A DNA stretch of 64,000 nt from Candidatus Odyssella sp. (lineage in GTDB: Bacteria; Pseudomonadota; Alphaproteobacteria; Paracaedibacterales; Paracaedibacteraceae). The notes beneath the pieces were generated by a model. That model was not told where the DNA came from. It made no database searches and worked only from the letters and a program-made list of their open reading frames with translations. This document shows, piece by piece, positions 19,607 through 30,363 of this stretch. Each line of letters opens with the position of its first letter. The stretch's first letter is position 1. The position numbers and the translations under genes were made by a program. The stretch covers positions 22,913-86,912 of the forward strand of contig DYSP01000001.1 of assembly GCA_020718185.1 (NCBI GenBank), read 5' to 3'.

Positions 19607-22390
19607 ATGACGCGCTACTACTTTAAAATATCAATCTTCATTCTCAGCTTCTTGGGAATAACTATCTATCTTGGGCTACAAAATTACTTCCCAGAAAAAA
19701 TCCATAGCAAAACCATTAGCTATTTAACAAAAATTATCAAAGAAAATACTCCTTTTAAAAACATTAAAATTACCTACTCTTCGTTTAGCTGGGGTAAATG
19801 GCGACACCCACTCTCTTTTTATCTTCATAAAATCAATTTGCAAGACGAAGAAAACGGGATTCTTTCTATTGAAAAACTCTACGTGAGTTGGTCAATTACA
19901 AATTTGCTCAAAGGTCAATTCAATCCCAATTGGCTTTCTATCCAAAAAGGACAACTGCGTCATCAACAACAATCTGTAGGAAATGCAGACTTTACGATAG
20001 ATTTAGATCCTTCTGGATCTACCCTTACTTTAGATCATCTTTATTTCGATCCAGAGACAGTCGCAAGCTTAAGTATGTGCCCACAAGCAATAAAGTCATC
20101 TCTTGAAAATATTCATCTACCATTAAATGCGACGGGGCATGTACATTTTAAGGAACAAGAATTAACTAGCATGAACCTTATGGTAAGTGTTAAGACAGGT
20201 CACTTTTTAGCCACCCCCTATTTTCCTTTGCCTCTTTCCATCTATGACTTACATGTTAATATGAATTTAGATTCGTTACAAAAAATGAATGTTCTTATAA
20301 CAGTCGCAACAGGTGATACACACCTATCTACTCAAGGCCAATTCATTCTTCCTTCTTCTATTATGCAATTATGGCAATCCGGGGGGAAAATTGACATGAT
20401 TCTTACGGGAGAAACAACCAATGTTCATGTCGATGACCTTTCAAAATTATGGCCTATAGGACTTGCACCTAAACCACGAAAATGGGTAACCACAAATCTA
20501 TCACACGGCCATGTAAATGGCACATTACATGCAAAAGCAATTCTACACATCAATCCAAAAGGTGATGTTCATGATGTTATGTTAGACGAATTATCGGGCG
20601 AGCTATTTCCAACAGGGGTTAATGTGAACTATCTTGGTAAATTACCATCCGTTCAACGAACAAATGCTCATTGTCGTTACAATCAACAACAATTTATTAT
20701 TGAAGAGATTACAGGAACAGTCAACGGCATCAAGCTTAGCAATGGGCTCATTATTATTGACGATTTACATAAGAGAGATCAACACATCCAAATTACTCTG
20801 GATCTGATTGGGGATGCCGGACGTGTAATGGAGATTATTTCAGCAAAACCCCTTGAGCTTATCCAGAAACTGGGGTTGCCCTTAAAAAATACACAAGGAC
20901 TTTCAACTACCAGTGTTTTATTAAAATTCCCTTTGGAAAGCAATGTTACGCTTAAACAAATACAAGTAGAAGCAAGATCGAAATTTATGAATGCTCAAGC
21001 TCGATTAAATGACCAAACCGGTTATCCAATTCAGTTAAAACAAGGTAATCTTGATTTATTTGTCGATAGCGATCATTTATACATTGAGGGCTCAGCCTCT
21101 TTAAATGACATGCCAGCGCAACTTGAATGGACTGAATATTTCAATCAAACAGCAATTCCCTTTACACGAAAATTAGCTTTGCATGCTACCAAAACTTTTA
21201 TACCTAATCAAGACGTAGAATCACCAGTCATTAGTGGTCATATTCCCTTTGATATTCTTTATAAAAAGGATGCTAAGGCAAATACCTTTTTGACTTTCAC
21301 AGCAGCACTTGATGATGCAATATTTAATTTACCATGGCTTAGTTATCACAAACAAAAAGGCACTTCTGCGACATGTTATATTGAGGCAAAATCATCAGCT
21401 GACAATGAATTTATCATCCAAAAAGGATCATTAAATGGTGAAAATTTAAAAGCAACGTTGTCTGGCAGTTGGGGAATACTAGGATCTAAATTAAAACTTT
21501 CGAATCTACAAATCGGTGAAACGCGTGGCTATCTGACCATTGCACATCGACAAGGCCGCTTGATATTGAAAGGAAATGTGAATGAATTTGATATGCTTAC
21601 ATTACTAAATGAATGGCCAGCCACTGATAATTCTCCATCATCACCACCAGATACTGATATCAACTTGACAATTAATAAACTTATTTTTTCAGATACTTAT
21701 CAGCTCAAGAAAGCAACATTTACATTGCAACTAACAGATGGTGATGTTCAAACAATTCACTTAAGAGACAAAGCCAATCAATTTCATTTTCTTTTAACAC
21801 CTTCAGAAAATGGTGTGCAAGCCTTTAATCTTGAGGCGATGAATGCAGCAGAACTTTTAGAATCCATGCATCCTGGAACAGATTTAGAGGGAGGACATAT
21901 TAATTTTATCGGACATCGAACAAAAAAAGATTCTCATTCTTTCATTGAAGGAGAACTTGATATTAAAAATCTCACTGTATTTGAAGCGCCACTGCTGGCC
22001 AAAATTCTTTCTCTTTCTTCCATTCAGGGGATTATCCATGCTCTTTCAGGCAAAGGCGTAAAATTTGACCAAGGGCATGCCATAATCAATTGGAAACAAG
22101 ACAATATTACAATTAAGGATGCTTATTTATTTGGCACTTCACTTGGCCTAACATTTAGTGGAATGATCTCGCAGCAACAACTTGATTTTAGGGGCGAAAT
22201 CATTCCTTTTTATCCACTTAATAGCGCGCTCAGTAAAATCCCATTTATTGGAGAATCTTTAAGTGGGAATTCCGTTCATGCTATCTTCTCTACTCCTTTT
22301 TGGCTTTCAGGAACTAAAAGCGATCCTAAAATTCGGGTAGAAGCCTTTACAACTTTAGCACCTCGAGGCATGCGCACTATGGACAAGTAA
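19607..22390 (+). CDS. AsmA-like / YhdP (DUF3971) family protein
   Basis: N-terminal TM anchor, LWP...APKPRKWV..NL, C-terminal PLLAKILSL.S..GI...LSG.G, LN..LSKIP.IG. Confidence 0.8.
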   Translation: MTRYYFKISIFILSFLGITIYLGLQNYFPEKIHSKTISYLTKIIKENTPFKNIKITYSSFSWGKWRHPLSFYLHKINLQDEENGILSIEKLYVSWSITNLLKGQFNPNWLSIQKGQLRHQQQSVGNADFTIDLDPSGSTLTLDHLYFDPETVASLSMCPQAIKSSLENIHLPLNATGHVHFKEQELTSMNLMVSVKTGHFLATPYFPLPLSIYDLHVNMNLDSLQKMNVLITVATGDTHLSTQGQFILPSSIMQLWQSGGKIDMILTGETTNVHVDDLSKLWPIGLAPKPRKWVTTNLSHGHVNGTLHAKAILHINPKGDVHDVMLDELSGELFPTGVNVNYLGKLPSVQRTNAHCRYNQQQFIIEEITGTVNGIKLSNGLIIIDDLHKRDQHIQITLDLIGDAGRVMEIISAKPLELIQKLGLPLKNTQGLSTTSVLLKFPLESNVTLKQIQVEARSKFMNAQARLNDQTGYPIQLKQGNLDLFVDSDHLYIEGSASLNDMPAQLEWTEYFNQTAIPFTRKLALHATKTFIPNQDVESPVISGHIPFDILYKKDAKANTFLTFTAALDDAIFNLPWLSYHKQKGTSATCYIEAKSSADNEFIIQKGSLNGENLKATLSGSWGILGSKLKLSNLQIGETRGYLTIAHRQGRLILKGNVNEFDMLTLLNEWPATDNSPSSPPDTDINLTINKLIFSDTYQLKKATFTLQLTDGDVQTIHLRDKANQFHFLLTPSENGVQAFNLEAMNAAELLESMHPGTDLEGGHINFIGHRTKKDSHSFIEGELDIKNLTVFEAPLLAKILSLSSIQGIIHALSGKGVKFDQGHAIINWKQDNITIKDAYLFGTSLGLTFSGMISQQQLDFRGEIIPFYPLNSALSKIPFIGESLSGNSVHAIFSTPFWLSGTKSDPKIRVEAFTTLAPRGMRTMDK

Positions 22391-23564
22391 CGGAAGGATG
22401 ACACTTCACTAACCGTAACATTTTAAAGAAACGATGACAGAGCAAAGCAAATCCACCATTCCCCATGACATTTGCACCGGTAAATAAAGAATCTTGTAAA
22501 ATATATATAGTTGCCACTAATCCGGTCATTTCAGGTGTGAGTCCTAAATGTGTTTGCAGTGTCGGTAATAATACTAATACCCCACCTCCTGGAATCCCTG
22601 CTGTTGAAAATTTAGCCATACAAAAATAAGCGGCAAAAATCATATATAAATCAATACCAGGTATGGGTAATCCACTTAGTTGTAAAATTGCTAAACCAAT
22701 AAGAGGAATGCCTAAAGCATCGCCCAATAAATGAATATTCACCGTTGTTGGAATGACCAACTGAGCAAACCCTGGATCATTCACATTTTGTTCAGTCGCT
22801 GTCAAAGTTACAGGCATCGTGGCTGCACTTGACATGGTTGAAAATCCTGTAAGACCAGCAGGTAACATTACGCGAATGCTTGCAATAAAGTCTTTAGGTT
22901 TAAACCGATGCGCCAAAGCATACACAAAGGTAATATAAACAGCTAATAACAAACAGATAACCAGGAAAATTTGTCCGTAATTGCTAAATAACGTGACAAG
23001 ATTTCCTTCTTTCTGCATTTTTAGAACAAAGCCAAAAACATATATAGGTAAGACAGGAATAAAGACTGCACTTAAAAACCAGGTCACATAATCACGTAAC
23101 TTTAAAGCAAGAATTTTTGCTTTTTCTATCTTGTGCACACTAAATAGTAGACCATACGCCATCCCAAACATCAAAGCATGACTTGGATCTAATAACTTTG
23201 GCAAAGGCAACGTAAAAATAGAGATGATGCTGTCTTTCATAACTGTTAAATCAACCACTTTTCCCTCAGTTAGCCAAGGAAGAACAAGTTGTCCAACAAA
23301 ATAAGAACTAAACACAGCAGCAAGATTCGAAACACACACCATCAATAAAATGCAAACAATTAATAAAGGTGCACGCTGTTCGAGAGATAATATAGCAGAG
23401 GCGATATAAATAACAATAATCAACGGAAGAATCATCATCAATATATCTTTTATTGCACAGCTCAGGCTAAAAAATAACTGTACAGTAGAGATATCAAGGT
23501 GGGTACCAACAAGTAATGCAATAACAACACAAATCACAAGTTGAACTGGTAAACTTTTAAACAT
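22377..23564 (-). CDS. Dicarboxylate/amino acid:cation symporter (DAACS)
   Basis: FSTMSSAATMP, AGIPGGG, ANVMGN motifs. ATG 23564 preceded by AAGGAG. Confidence 0.88.
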   Translation of the reverse strand: MFKSLPVQLVICVVIALLVGTHLDISTVQLFFSLSCAIKDILMMILPLIIVIYIASAILSLEQRAPLLIVCILLMVCVSNLAAVFSSYFVGQLVLPWLTEGKVVDLTVMKDSIISIFTLPLPKLLDPSHALMFGMAYGLLFSVHKIEKAKILALKLRDYVTWFLSAVFIPVLPIYVFGFVLKMQKEGNLVTLFSNYGQIFLVICLLLAVYITFVYALAHRFKPKDFIASIRVMLPAGLTGFSTMSSAATMPVTLTATEQNVNDPGFAQLVIPTTVNIHLLGDALGIPLIGLAILQLSGLPIPGIDLYMIFAAYFCMAKFSTAGIPGGGVLVLLPTLQTHLGLTPEMTGLVATIYILQDSLFTGANVMGNGGFALLCHRFFKMLRLVKCHPSVTCP

Positions 23565-23632
23565 TTTGCACTCCTTCAAGAGTGAAGTAGGTATTTTTTA
23601 AGGATATTCAAGATAAGAGATGAAAATATATG

Positions 23633-23701
23633 TTACCGTCCGCCGACGGAGGTGGTCGCAGAGGTTGTAAAGGAATAAAGATTAAAAAATAATATCATCA
23701 T
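23633..23701 (-). promoter_or_regulatory. Candidate leader peptide ORF MMILFFNLYSFTTSATTSVGGR (attenuator)
   Basis: 22-codon ORF ending 68 nt upstream of the symporter ATG. 7 of codons 10-18 are Ser/Thr. GC-rich 3' end with CCGTC/GACGG stem. Confidence 0.6.
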
Positions 23702-23795
23702 AATTTTACATATCAAATATTCTGATAATAAAGTCAAGAAAAAAAATCGCATAAATACGCAGATTAAGATGACTTTTGAATATTAATGGAAAGTG

Positions 23796-23823
23796 CTCAA
23801 TTGGGAGGATTCTCCAAATTGAG
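23796..23823. terminator. Hairpin downstream of the corC-like gene
   Basis: CTCAATTGGGAG-GATT-CTCCAAATTGAG. Confidence 0.55.
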
Positions 23824-23834
23824 AATGAACGAAT

Positions 23835-24749
23835 TTAGTAACCACTTGCACGAGCATGATGAATTAACAGCTTTTTAATTCGTCGAGGATCTGCTTCTAA
23901 GATCTCAAAAGTTACTGATTGATTTGGATGAGCAATAAGTTCCCCTCTTGTCGGCACATGACCCGCAAGAGATGTCACCAGCCCGCCTATGGTTTCAATT
24001 TCATCTTCTAAATCTTCTACTGTTAGAGTAAGATTAAATGTTTCTTCAATCTCTACCAGCATGACTCGCCCATCAGTTATAATGTTACCATCAGGGCGAT
24101 TAAACAATCGCTGTTGTTCAGAATTGTCTTGAGCTTCTTGAATATCACCAATGATTTCTTCCATTAAATCGGAAAAAGTAACAAGTCCATCAACACCGCC
24201 GAATTCATCAACAACCACGGCCATTTTGGTACCTGATTCGCGCATTTTAAAAATTAAATCAAGGGTTCGCATGGTTGGTGAGATAAATAAAACATCTCTC
24301 ACGATCGAACGAAGTTGTAATATTTTACCTGATGCTTTCCAAGCCAACACATCTTGGATTTGAACAGTACCAACAACTTCATCTAGTGTATTGCGATAAA
24401 CAGCCAAACGCTGCAAACGAGATCGGATAAAAGTACCCAAAAGTTCTTCTTCCGTTACATTTAATGGAATTGCAATAATATCGATTCGTGGAATCATCAC
24501 ATCTTCGGCGGTTAAATCACGTAAATTTAAAACATTTCCTAACAGAGTTCGTTCATCTGATTCAATTGAAGATTCAGCAGAATCACCTTCTTCAATCAGT
24601 TCTTCAATTGTTTCTCTTAGGGAATTTTCATTATCGACACGGAAAAGATGTCGCCATTTCTTTCTGAGCCAATGAAATAATCGGCTTAACGTTGAGGGGT
24701 CTTCAGGATCTTGCATAGTACTTGGTTGTCTCGCATTAATTGTCAACAA
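23835..24749 (-). CDS. corC: HlyC/CorC family CBS-domain protein
   Basis: TAEDVMIPRIDI, MAVVVDEFGGVDGLVT..D.MEEIIGDI, ETIGG, ADPRRI. Follows ybeY. Confidence 0.9.
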   Translation of the reverse strand: MLTINARQPSTMQDPEDPSTLSRLFHWLRKKWRHLFRVDNENSLRETIEELIEEGDSAESSIESDERTLLGNVLNLRDLTAEDVMIPRIDIIAIPLNVTEEELLGTFIRSRLQRLAVYRNTLDEVVGTVQIQDVLAWKASGKILQLRSIVRDVLFISPTMRTLDLIFKMRESGTKMAVVVDEFGGVDGLVTFSDLMEEIIGDIQEAQDNSEQQRLFNRPDGNIITDGRVMLVEIEETFNLTLTVEDLEDEIETIGGLVTSLAGHVPTRGELIAHPNQSVTFEILEADPRRIKKLLIHHARASGY

Positions 24750-24839
24750 TAGGTTTGCTACTATTCATTATAGACATAAAAAATATATTTTTAAAAAAGT
24801 ATATCAATACTGATAGCGTATAATACTATTTTTTTACAA

Positions 24840-25370
24840 TCAAGCAAGTGAATTTTCTTGTGCAACATACGGATTTTTAATTCCAAGGCCTTTAAGAATA
24901 TGTATTTCTATTGACTCCATCTCTTCTGCCTCATCGTCTGTTAAATGATCAAATCCAAGAACATGTAATGTTCCGTGAATTAACAAATGAATAAAATGAT
25001 CTTTAAAGGTTTTCCCCTGTTCTTTTGCTTCTCGTTCAATTGTTTCATAACCAAAAGCAATATCACCAAGCGGCAGCAAATCATCATTATTGGCAAAAAA
25101 ATTTATGCTTTCATCGTGATGCGCTGAAAATGAAAGAACATTGGTTGGTTTATCAAGGTTTAGAAAATCTTTGTTAAGTTGTTGCATGACTTCATCATTA
25201 GTTAATCGAATATTGATTTCAACAAAATCGCTTATCAATTCGACCTTTAAAACAATTTCAATAATCGCTGGAATCAATTTATTGTAGGAGAGAGGCTGGG
25301 TTTGCCACCTCTCTTCATCAATAATCAAGTTAATGTCATGTTCCTGCTTTTCTTTCCGCACTTTTTGCAT
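24840..25370 (-). CDS. ybeY: rRNA maturation endoribonuclease YbeY
   Basis: DKPTNVLSF, LGDI, HLLIHGTLHVLGFDH. Confidence 0.96.
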   Translation of the reverse strand: MQKVRKEKQEHDINLIIDEERWQTQPLSYNKLIPAIIEIVLKVELISDFVEINIRLTNDEVMQQLNKDFLNLDKPTNVLSFSAHHDESINFFANNDDLLPLGDIAFGYETIEREAKEQGKTFKDHFIHLLIHGTLHVLGFDHLTDDEAEEMESIEIHILKGLGIKNPYVAQENSLA

Positions 25371-25373
25371 CTC

Positions 25374-26366
25374 TTATGCGTCCTCTGTTTCCTTATGTTT
25401 TGATGTATCTTTTTCATATGCATGTACGATTAATGAAACAAGAGGATGACGCACCACATCTTTTTCATTAAACTCAATGATTTTAACTTCCTCAATAGGT
25501 CTTAAAATGCGCATGGCTTCTTTTAGCCCTGACTTAACTCCGTATGGCAAATCGATTTGAGTGATATCCCCTGTGACTACCATCCGGGAATTATTCCCCA
25601 AACGCGTTAAAAACATCTTCATTTGGATAGGAGTCGTATTTTGGGCTTCATCCAAAATTACAAATGCATTACTCAGTGTTCGTCCACGCATAAATGCTAA
25701 AGGAGCCACTTCAATTTCACCATTTGTTAAACGTCGTAGCACTTGTTCGGCTGGCAACATATCATATAAAGCATCGTAAAGAGGCCGCAAGTAAGGGTCA
25801 ACTTTCTCACGCATATCACCAGGCAAAAAACCAAGTCTTTCACCGGCTTCAACGGCCGGACGAGATAAAATAATTTTTTCAACTTTACCCGAAAGCAACA
25901 TCCAAACACCAACAGCAGCAGCAAGATAAGTTTTTCCTGTTCCTGCAGGACCAATACCCAAGACCAAATCGGCCGTTTTTAATTGCTGGATATATTCTGC
26001 TTGATGAGCTGTTCTTGGAAAAACCATCCGACGTTTCGTCGCAATTGAAACTTCTTCAGCAGCACCATAATCTGGCGGGCTAATTGCAACCGTTGCACTT
26101 GCCATACGAATGGCTGATTCGACTTCTTCACTATCAACAGCAAACCCTTTTTGGATTTGAGATTGAAGATAAAGTAACGCGCCCCTTGCATAAGAAACTT
26201 CTGGTTCTGGTCCTTTCAGTTGAATTGTATTACCGCGTAGGACGATTGAAATTCCTAAACGTTGCTCAATTCTTGTAAGATGACGGTCGTGAGGGCCAGC
26301 AATGACCATCAAAACTTCATTGTCATCAAATTCAAGGTTCGTGCTGGCATAATCATCTATAGTCAA
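25374..26366 (-). CDS. phoH: PhoH-like ATPase (YbeZ)
   Basis: GPAGTGKTYLA, RPAVEAGERLGFLPGD, FMRGRTL, LDEAQN. Confidence 0.95.
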   Translation of the reverse strand: MTIDDYASTNLEFDDNEVLMVIAGPHDRHLTRIEQRLGISIVLRGNTIQLKGPEPEVSYARGALLYLQSQIQKGFAVDSEEVESAIRMASATVAISPPDYGAAEEVSIATKRRMVFPRTAHQAEYIQQLKTADLVLGIGPAGTGKTYLAAAVGVWMLLSGKVEKIILSRPAVEAGERLGFLPGDMREKVDPYLRPLYDALYDMLPAEQVLRRLTNGEIEVAPLAFMRGRTLSNAFVILDEAQNTTPIQMKMFLTRLGNNSRMVVTGDITQIDLPYGVKSGLKEAMRILRPIEEVKIIEFNEKDVVRHPLVSLIVHAYEKDTSKHKETEDA

Positions 26367-26418
26367 ATTACCCTCACTTAAATTTTAGATCGGCCAACCC
26401 TTCTTAGGCTTTTTTCAC

Positions 26419-27804
26419 CTAAGCAGCAGAGGTGCTTTCTGTTGTGAGAATTGTCCCTGCTATACTATTAGGATGAGCCTCTTTTATGCTTACGTCAACC
26501 ATTTGTCCAAGTAATCTTTCAGGTGCAAAAACAGCAACCGATTGCATATAGGGGGAACGACCCATTAACTGCCCTTCTAACCGCCCACGACGTTCTAAAA
26601 GAACGCGCACCGTCTTGCCAACTGTTTGTTCATTAAAGGTTTGTTGATGGTGATTAATCAACGCTTGCAGTTCTTGCAGACGTTCAGACTTTACTGATTC
26701 TGGAATTTGATCTTCCATTAATCCGGCAGGCGTGCCAGGACGAATGCTGTATTTAAAGGAATACGCCTGTGCATAGCGAACACGTTCAATAATATCCAAA
26801 GTTTCCTTAAACTCTGCATCTGTTTCACCTGGAAAGCCGACAATAAAGTCAGAAGCAAGCGCAATGTCTGGCCGCACTTGGCGTAACCGATCCATAATCT
26901 CAAGGTAACTTTCACGCGTGTGTTTGCGATTCATCGCTGTTAAAATGCGATTACTACCCGCTTGGATGGGAAGATGCAAAAAAGGCATGAGTTGAGGCAC
27001 ATCTCGGTGAGCTTCAATTAATTCGTCTGTCATATCTGAAGGATGAGATGTAATATAGCGAATACGTTCCAAGCCATCGATTTCCGCAAGTTCTTTTGCC
27101 AATCGACCAAGCCCCCATTCACCAGATCCCATAGGGGCTGCACCATGATAGGCATTCACGTTTTGCCCCAGCAAAGTAATTTCTTTGGCACCAAGCTCTA
27201 CCAAATGTCGCGCTTCGTCTAACACTTCATTAGCAGGACGTGAAAATTCAGCCCCACGCGTATACGGAACCACACAGTAACTGCAAAATTTATCACATCC
27301 TTCTTGAACAGTTAAAAAAGCAGCTGTTCGACTTACATTAGTTTGTGGAAGAGTATCAAACTTGCTTTCTAAAGGAAAATCCGTCTCAATAATCCCACGC
27401 CCTTTACCTTTTTTTGTATCAGCGGCGCGGGTTGCTCTAGCGATCATTTCTGGCAATCGATGATAGGTTTGAGGGCCAAATACCATGTCAACAAAAGGGG
27501 CTTGTCGTTTAATTTCTGCACCTTCAGCTTGTGCCACACATCCACCAACAGCAATAATCATTGGACTTTTTTGAGAAGAGTCTGCTACTTGATTTTTTCG
27601 ATGATCTTTTAATCGACCCAAATCAGAATACATTTTTTGTTCCGCTTTTTCACGAATATGACATGTATTTAAAATAGCTAGATCCGCCTCTTCTGGTTTG
27701 GATGTCAATTCATATCCTAAAGGCTGAAGGATATCGGCCATTCTTTCAGAATCATAGACATTCATCTGGCAGCCATAGGTTTTAATGTAAAGTTTTTTAG
27801 TCAT
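26419..27804 (-). CDS. miaB: tRNA-2-methylthio-N6-dimethylallyladenosine synthase
   Basis: TYGCQMNVYDS, NTCHIREKAE, CDKFCSYC radical SAM motif, C-terminal TRAM. Confidence 0.97.
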   Translation of the reverse strand: MTKKLYIKTYGCQMNVYDSERMADILQPLGYELTSKPEEADLAILNTCHIREKAEQKMYSDLGRLKDHRKNQVADSSQKSPMIIAVGGCVAQAEGAEIKRQAPFVDMVFGPQTYHRLPEMIARATRAADTKKGKGRGIIETDFPLESKFDTLPQTNVSRTAAFLTVQEGCDKFCSYCVVPYTRGAEFSRPANEVLDEARHLVELGAKEITLLGQNVNAYHGAAPMGSGEWGLGRLAKELAEIDGLERIRYITSHPSDMTDELIEAHRDVPQLMPFLHLPIQAGSNRILTAMNRKHTRESYLEIMDRLRQVRPDIALASDFIVGFPGETDAEFKETLDIIERVRYAQAYSFKYSIRPGTPAGLMEDQIPESVKSERLQELQALINHHQQTFNEQTVGKTVRVLLERRGRLEGQLMGRSPYMQSVAVFAPERLLGQMVDVSIKEAHPNSIAGTILTTESTSAA

Positions 27805-27824
27805 AGTATATCGCCGTAAAAATA

Positions 27825-28973
27825 TTAAAAAATGACGGTAGCGGTAGCCTGAACAGCCAAGCCTTCACCACGTCCAAGAAATCCCAATTTTTCGGTTGTT
27901 GTTGCCTTCACGCCAATGCGGTCACGTCCGATTCCTAAATAGGTTTCAAGAGATGCAAGGAATTGTTCTCGATAAGGTGAAAATTTTGGTTTTTCACCAA
28001 TTAAGGTTATATCCACATGGTTGAGTCGACCACCGCGCTCACGCATTCTTTCCAAAGCATACGTTAAAAATTTTGAAGAATCTGCTCCACGCCACTGCAC
28101 ATCTGTTGGTGGGAAATGAACGCCAATATCCCCATCTCCAATCGCCCCAAAGATTGCATCTGTTAGACTATGCAAAGCAACATCGGCATCTGAATGTCCT
28201 TTTAAAGACAAAGAACCAGGAATCATAACACCCAAAATCATCATACCATCACCCGGAACAAGTTCGTGTACATCAAACCCATTTCCCACGCGAACATCAG
28301 GAATAGCAGCTAAGGTGATCTTTTTTAAGTCTTCTTTGTAAGTGATTTTAATATTAGCAACCTCACCCGGACATATGGTAACAGGAAGTCTTAAAGCTTC
28401 AAATAACGAGGCATCGTCCGTAAAATGGTCTTCATGTTGAAATGTTTCATAAGCCTTCAACAGTAATTGATAATTAAATCCTTGCGGTGTTTGGGCAAGC
28501 CAAAGTTGCTCACGCTGAATCGTTGCCTCAATATATCCATCTTTTGCAGTTCTTTTAACCGTTTCATGAACAGGCAAAGCCGGAATACATCCCCCTACTG
28601 CTTTCAAGCCTTCAATTACGTGGTCAATGAGAGTGAGTGAGACAAACGGACGCGCCCCGTCATGAACAAGAACGTGCGTAGGCGCTAAGGTTTCTAATGC
28701 CTTTAAGCCTTTAAAAACGGAAAGTTGGCGCGTGGCTCCACCGATCACTGGTGTGTGAAGTTTGGGATGATCTTTGATACAATCAGCATATCGACCTTGA
28801 TCTTCCTCACCAATGACAACTATAACATCTGTAATTTGAGGATGAGCGAGAAATTGCTCGACTGTCCGTTGCAATATTGGTTTACCGTCAAGAAAATTAT
28901 ATTGCTTCGGAATTTCGCTTCCAAATCGATTTCCTGATCCTCCCGCAACAATGACAACAGCAGTCCGTAACAT
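27825..28973 (-). CDS. ispDF: Bifunctional IspD/IspF (MEP pathway)
   Basis: AGGSGNRFG..PKQY, HDGARP, QTPQGF, then GNGFDVH, GHSDADV, KATTTEKLG..GRGEG. Confidence 0.96.
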   Translation of the reverse strand: MLRTAVVIVAGGSGNRFGSEIPKQYNFLDGKPILQRTVEQFLAHPQITDVIVVIGEEDQGRYADCIKDHPKLHTPVIGGATRQLSVFKGLKALETLAPTHVLVHDGARPFVSLTLIDHVIEGLKAVGGCIPALPVHETVKRTAKDGYIEATIQREQLWLAQTPQGFNYQLLLKAYETFQHEDHFTDDASLFEALRLPVTICPGEVANIKITYKEDLKKITLAAIPDVRVGNGFDVHELVPGDGMMILGVMIPGSLSLKGHSDADVALHSLTDAIFGAIGDGDIGVHFPPTDVQWRGADSSKFLTYALERMRERGGRLNHVDITLIGEKPKFSPYREQFLASLETYLGIGRDRIGVKATTTEKLGFLGRGEGLAVQATATVIF

Positions 28974-28974
28974 A

Positions 28975-30093
28975 CTATTCCCCTACTTCTTCACATGAAA
29001 TCCAACCACCACCAAGTACCCGATCACCTTCATACAACACACAAGCCTGCCCCGCTGAAACACCGTATTCAGGTGTTGAAAACTCGATAATTGCTTGAGT
29101 ATCTTTAAAGACTTTGACATGTGCTTGAAGACCAGGCTGCGTTGAACGCACTTTAACAATAACGTCTTTACCTTTAATAAAGTCAGCTTTATCAGTTAAC
29201 CAATTCATTTCATTAATCAATAATTTGGTTTTTGCCAAGGCTTCTTTTGGCCCAACAATGACTTGACGTGTCGCTGGGTCAATCTTAATAACATATAAAG
29301 GTTCAGCGGCGGATACACCCAAGCCCTTGCGTTGGCCAACGGTATAATTAATAATCCCTTGATGAATGCCTAAAACTTGACCTTCTTGATTAACAATTTC
29401 TCCTGGATCAAGTGCGCCTGGCCGAAATTTTTCAACAACAGCAGCATAACCACCTGTTGGTACAAAGCAAATATCTTGACTATCTGGTTTATCAGCGACA
29501 ATCAACCCAAAACGCCGAGCATGTTCTCTTGTTTCAGCCTTTGGCATACCACCTAATGGAAAGTGCAGATAATCGAGTTGGTCTTGCGTGGTTGTAAATA
29601 AAAAATAGCTTTGATCACGGCTATGATCGTCAGCTCGATGCATTTCAGCACGATCATTATGAACAATTCGGCGAACATAATGGCCGGTGACTAATGCTTG
29701 AGCGCCAAGTTCTTTAGAAGTGGTCAAAAGATCACGAAATTTAACACGTTGATTACAACGCACACAAGGGATAGGTGTTTCCCCCTGCAAATAGCTGTCT
29801 ACAAAATCATCAATAACATTTTGCTTAAAAATGTTTTCGTAATCGAGAACATAATGGGGAATACCAAGCTTATCAGCAACAGTGCGCGCATCGTAAATGT
29901 CTTGCCCCGCACAACAAGCACCTTTTTTATTGACCATAGCACCATGATCATAAAGCTGTAGAGTAATACCAATAACTTTATAACCTGCTTCAACCATTAA
30001 GCCAGCCGCAACAGAAGAATCTACACCGCCTGACATAGCAACTGCTACTAAAGCACCTGGTGGCACTCCATCTAATTGTATATGTGTTACCAT
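28975..30093 (-). CDS. mnmA: tRNA 2-thiouridylase MnmA
   Basis: [42 protein letters not shown]. Confidence 0.97.
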   Translation of the reverse strand: MVTHIQLDGVPPGALVAVAMSGGVDSSVAAGLMVEAGYKVIGITLQLYDHGAMVNKKGACCAGQDIYDARTVADKLGIPHYVLDYENIFKQNVIDDFVDSYLQGETPIPCVRCNQRVKFRDLLTTSKELGAQALVTGHYVRRIVHNDRAEMHRADDHSRDQSYFLFTTTQDQLDYLHFPLGGMPKAETREHARRFGLIVADKPDSQDICFVPTGGYAAVVEKFRPGALDPGEIVNQEGQVLGIHQGIINYTVGQRKGLGVSAAEPLYVIKIDPATRQVIVGPKEALAKTKLLINEMNWLTDKADFIKGKDVIVKVRSTQPGLQAHVKVFKDTQAIIEFSTPEYGVSAGQACVLYEGDRVLGGGWISCEEVGE

Positions 30094-30237
30094 TTTTATT
30101 TTTTCTTATATATTTATATATATTATCCCCATCCTTAAAATAGGGATTGTCCCTTGAAACCTCAAGGGCTAAGATCTAGTGTTATTAAGAAGCGACAGCC
30201 ATTCCTAAAACAACCCCAGTATTGGATAAAGATGCTT

Positions 30238-30363
30238 TAAACGCAAGGAGTAACGAGCGATTTCTTGATATCAGGTTCATAAAAAGCGCAGAATAGTTAG
30301 TCTATTTGAGTATTTTTAGGGTTCTGATATCAAGAAAAGAGCCGTTAATCCGAAGGGTTTCAA
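30238..30363 (+). repeat. Eroded palindromic element related to the 7684 element
   Basis: Perfect 14-bp IR TTTCTTGATATCAG/CTGATATCAAGAAA. Shares the apical GAATAGTTAGTCT with 7684. Degenerate outer arms. ddpX stop lies at its right end. Confidence 0.7.
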
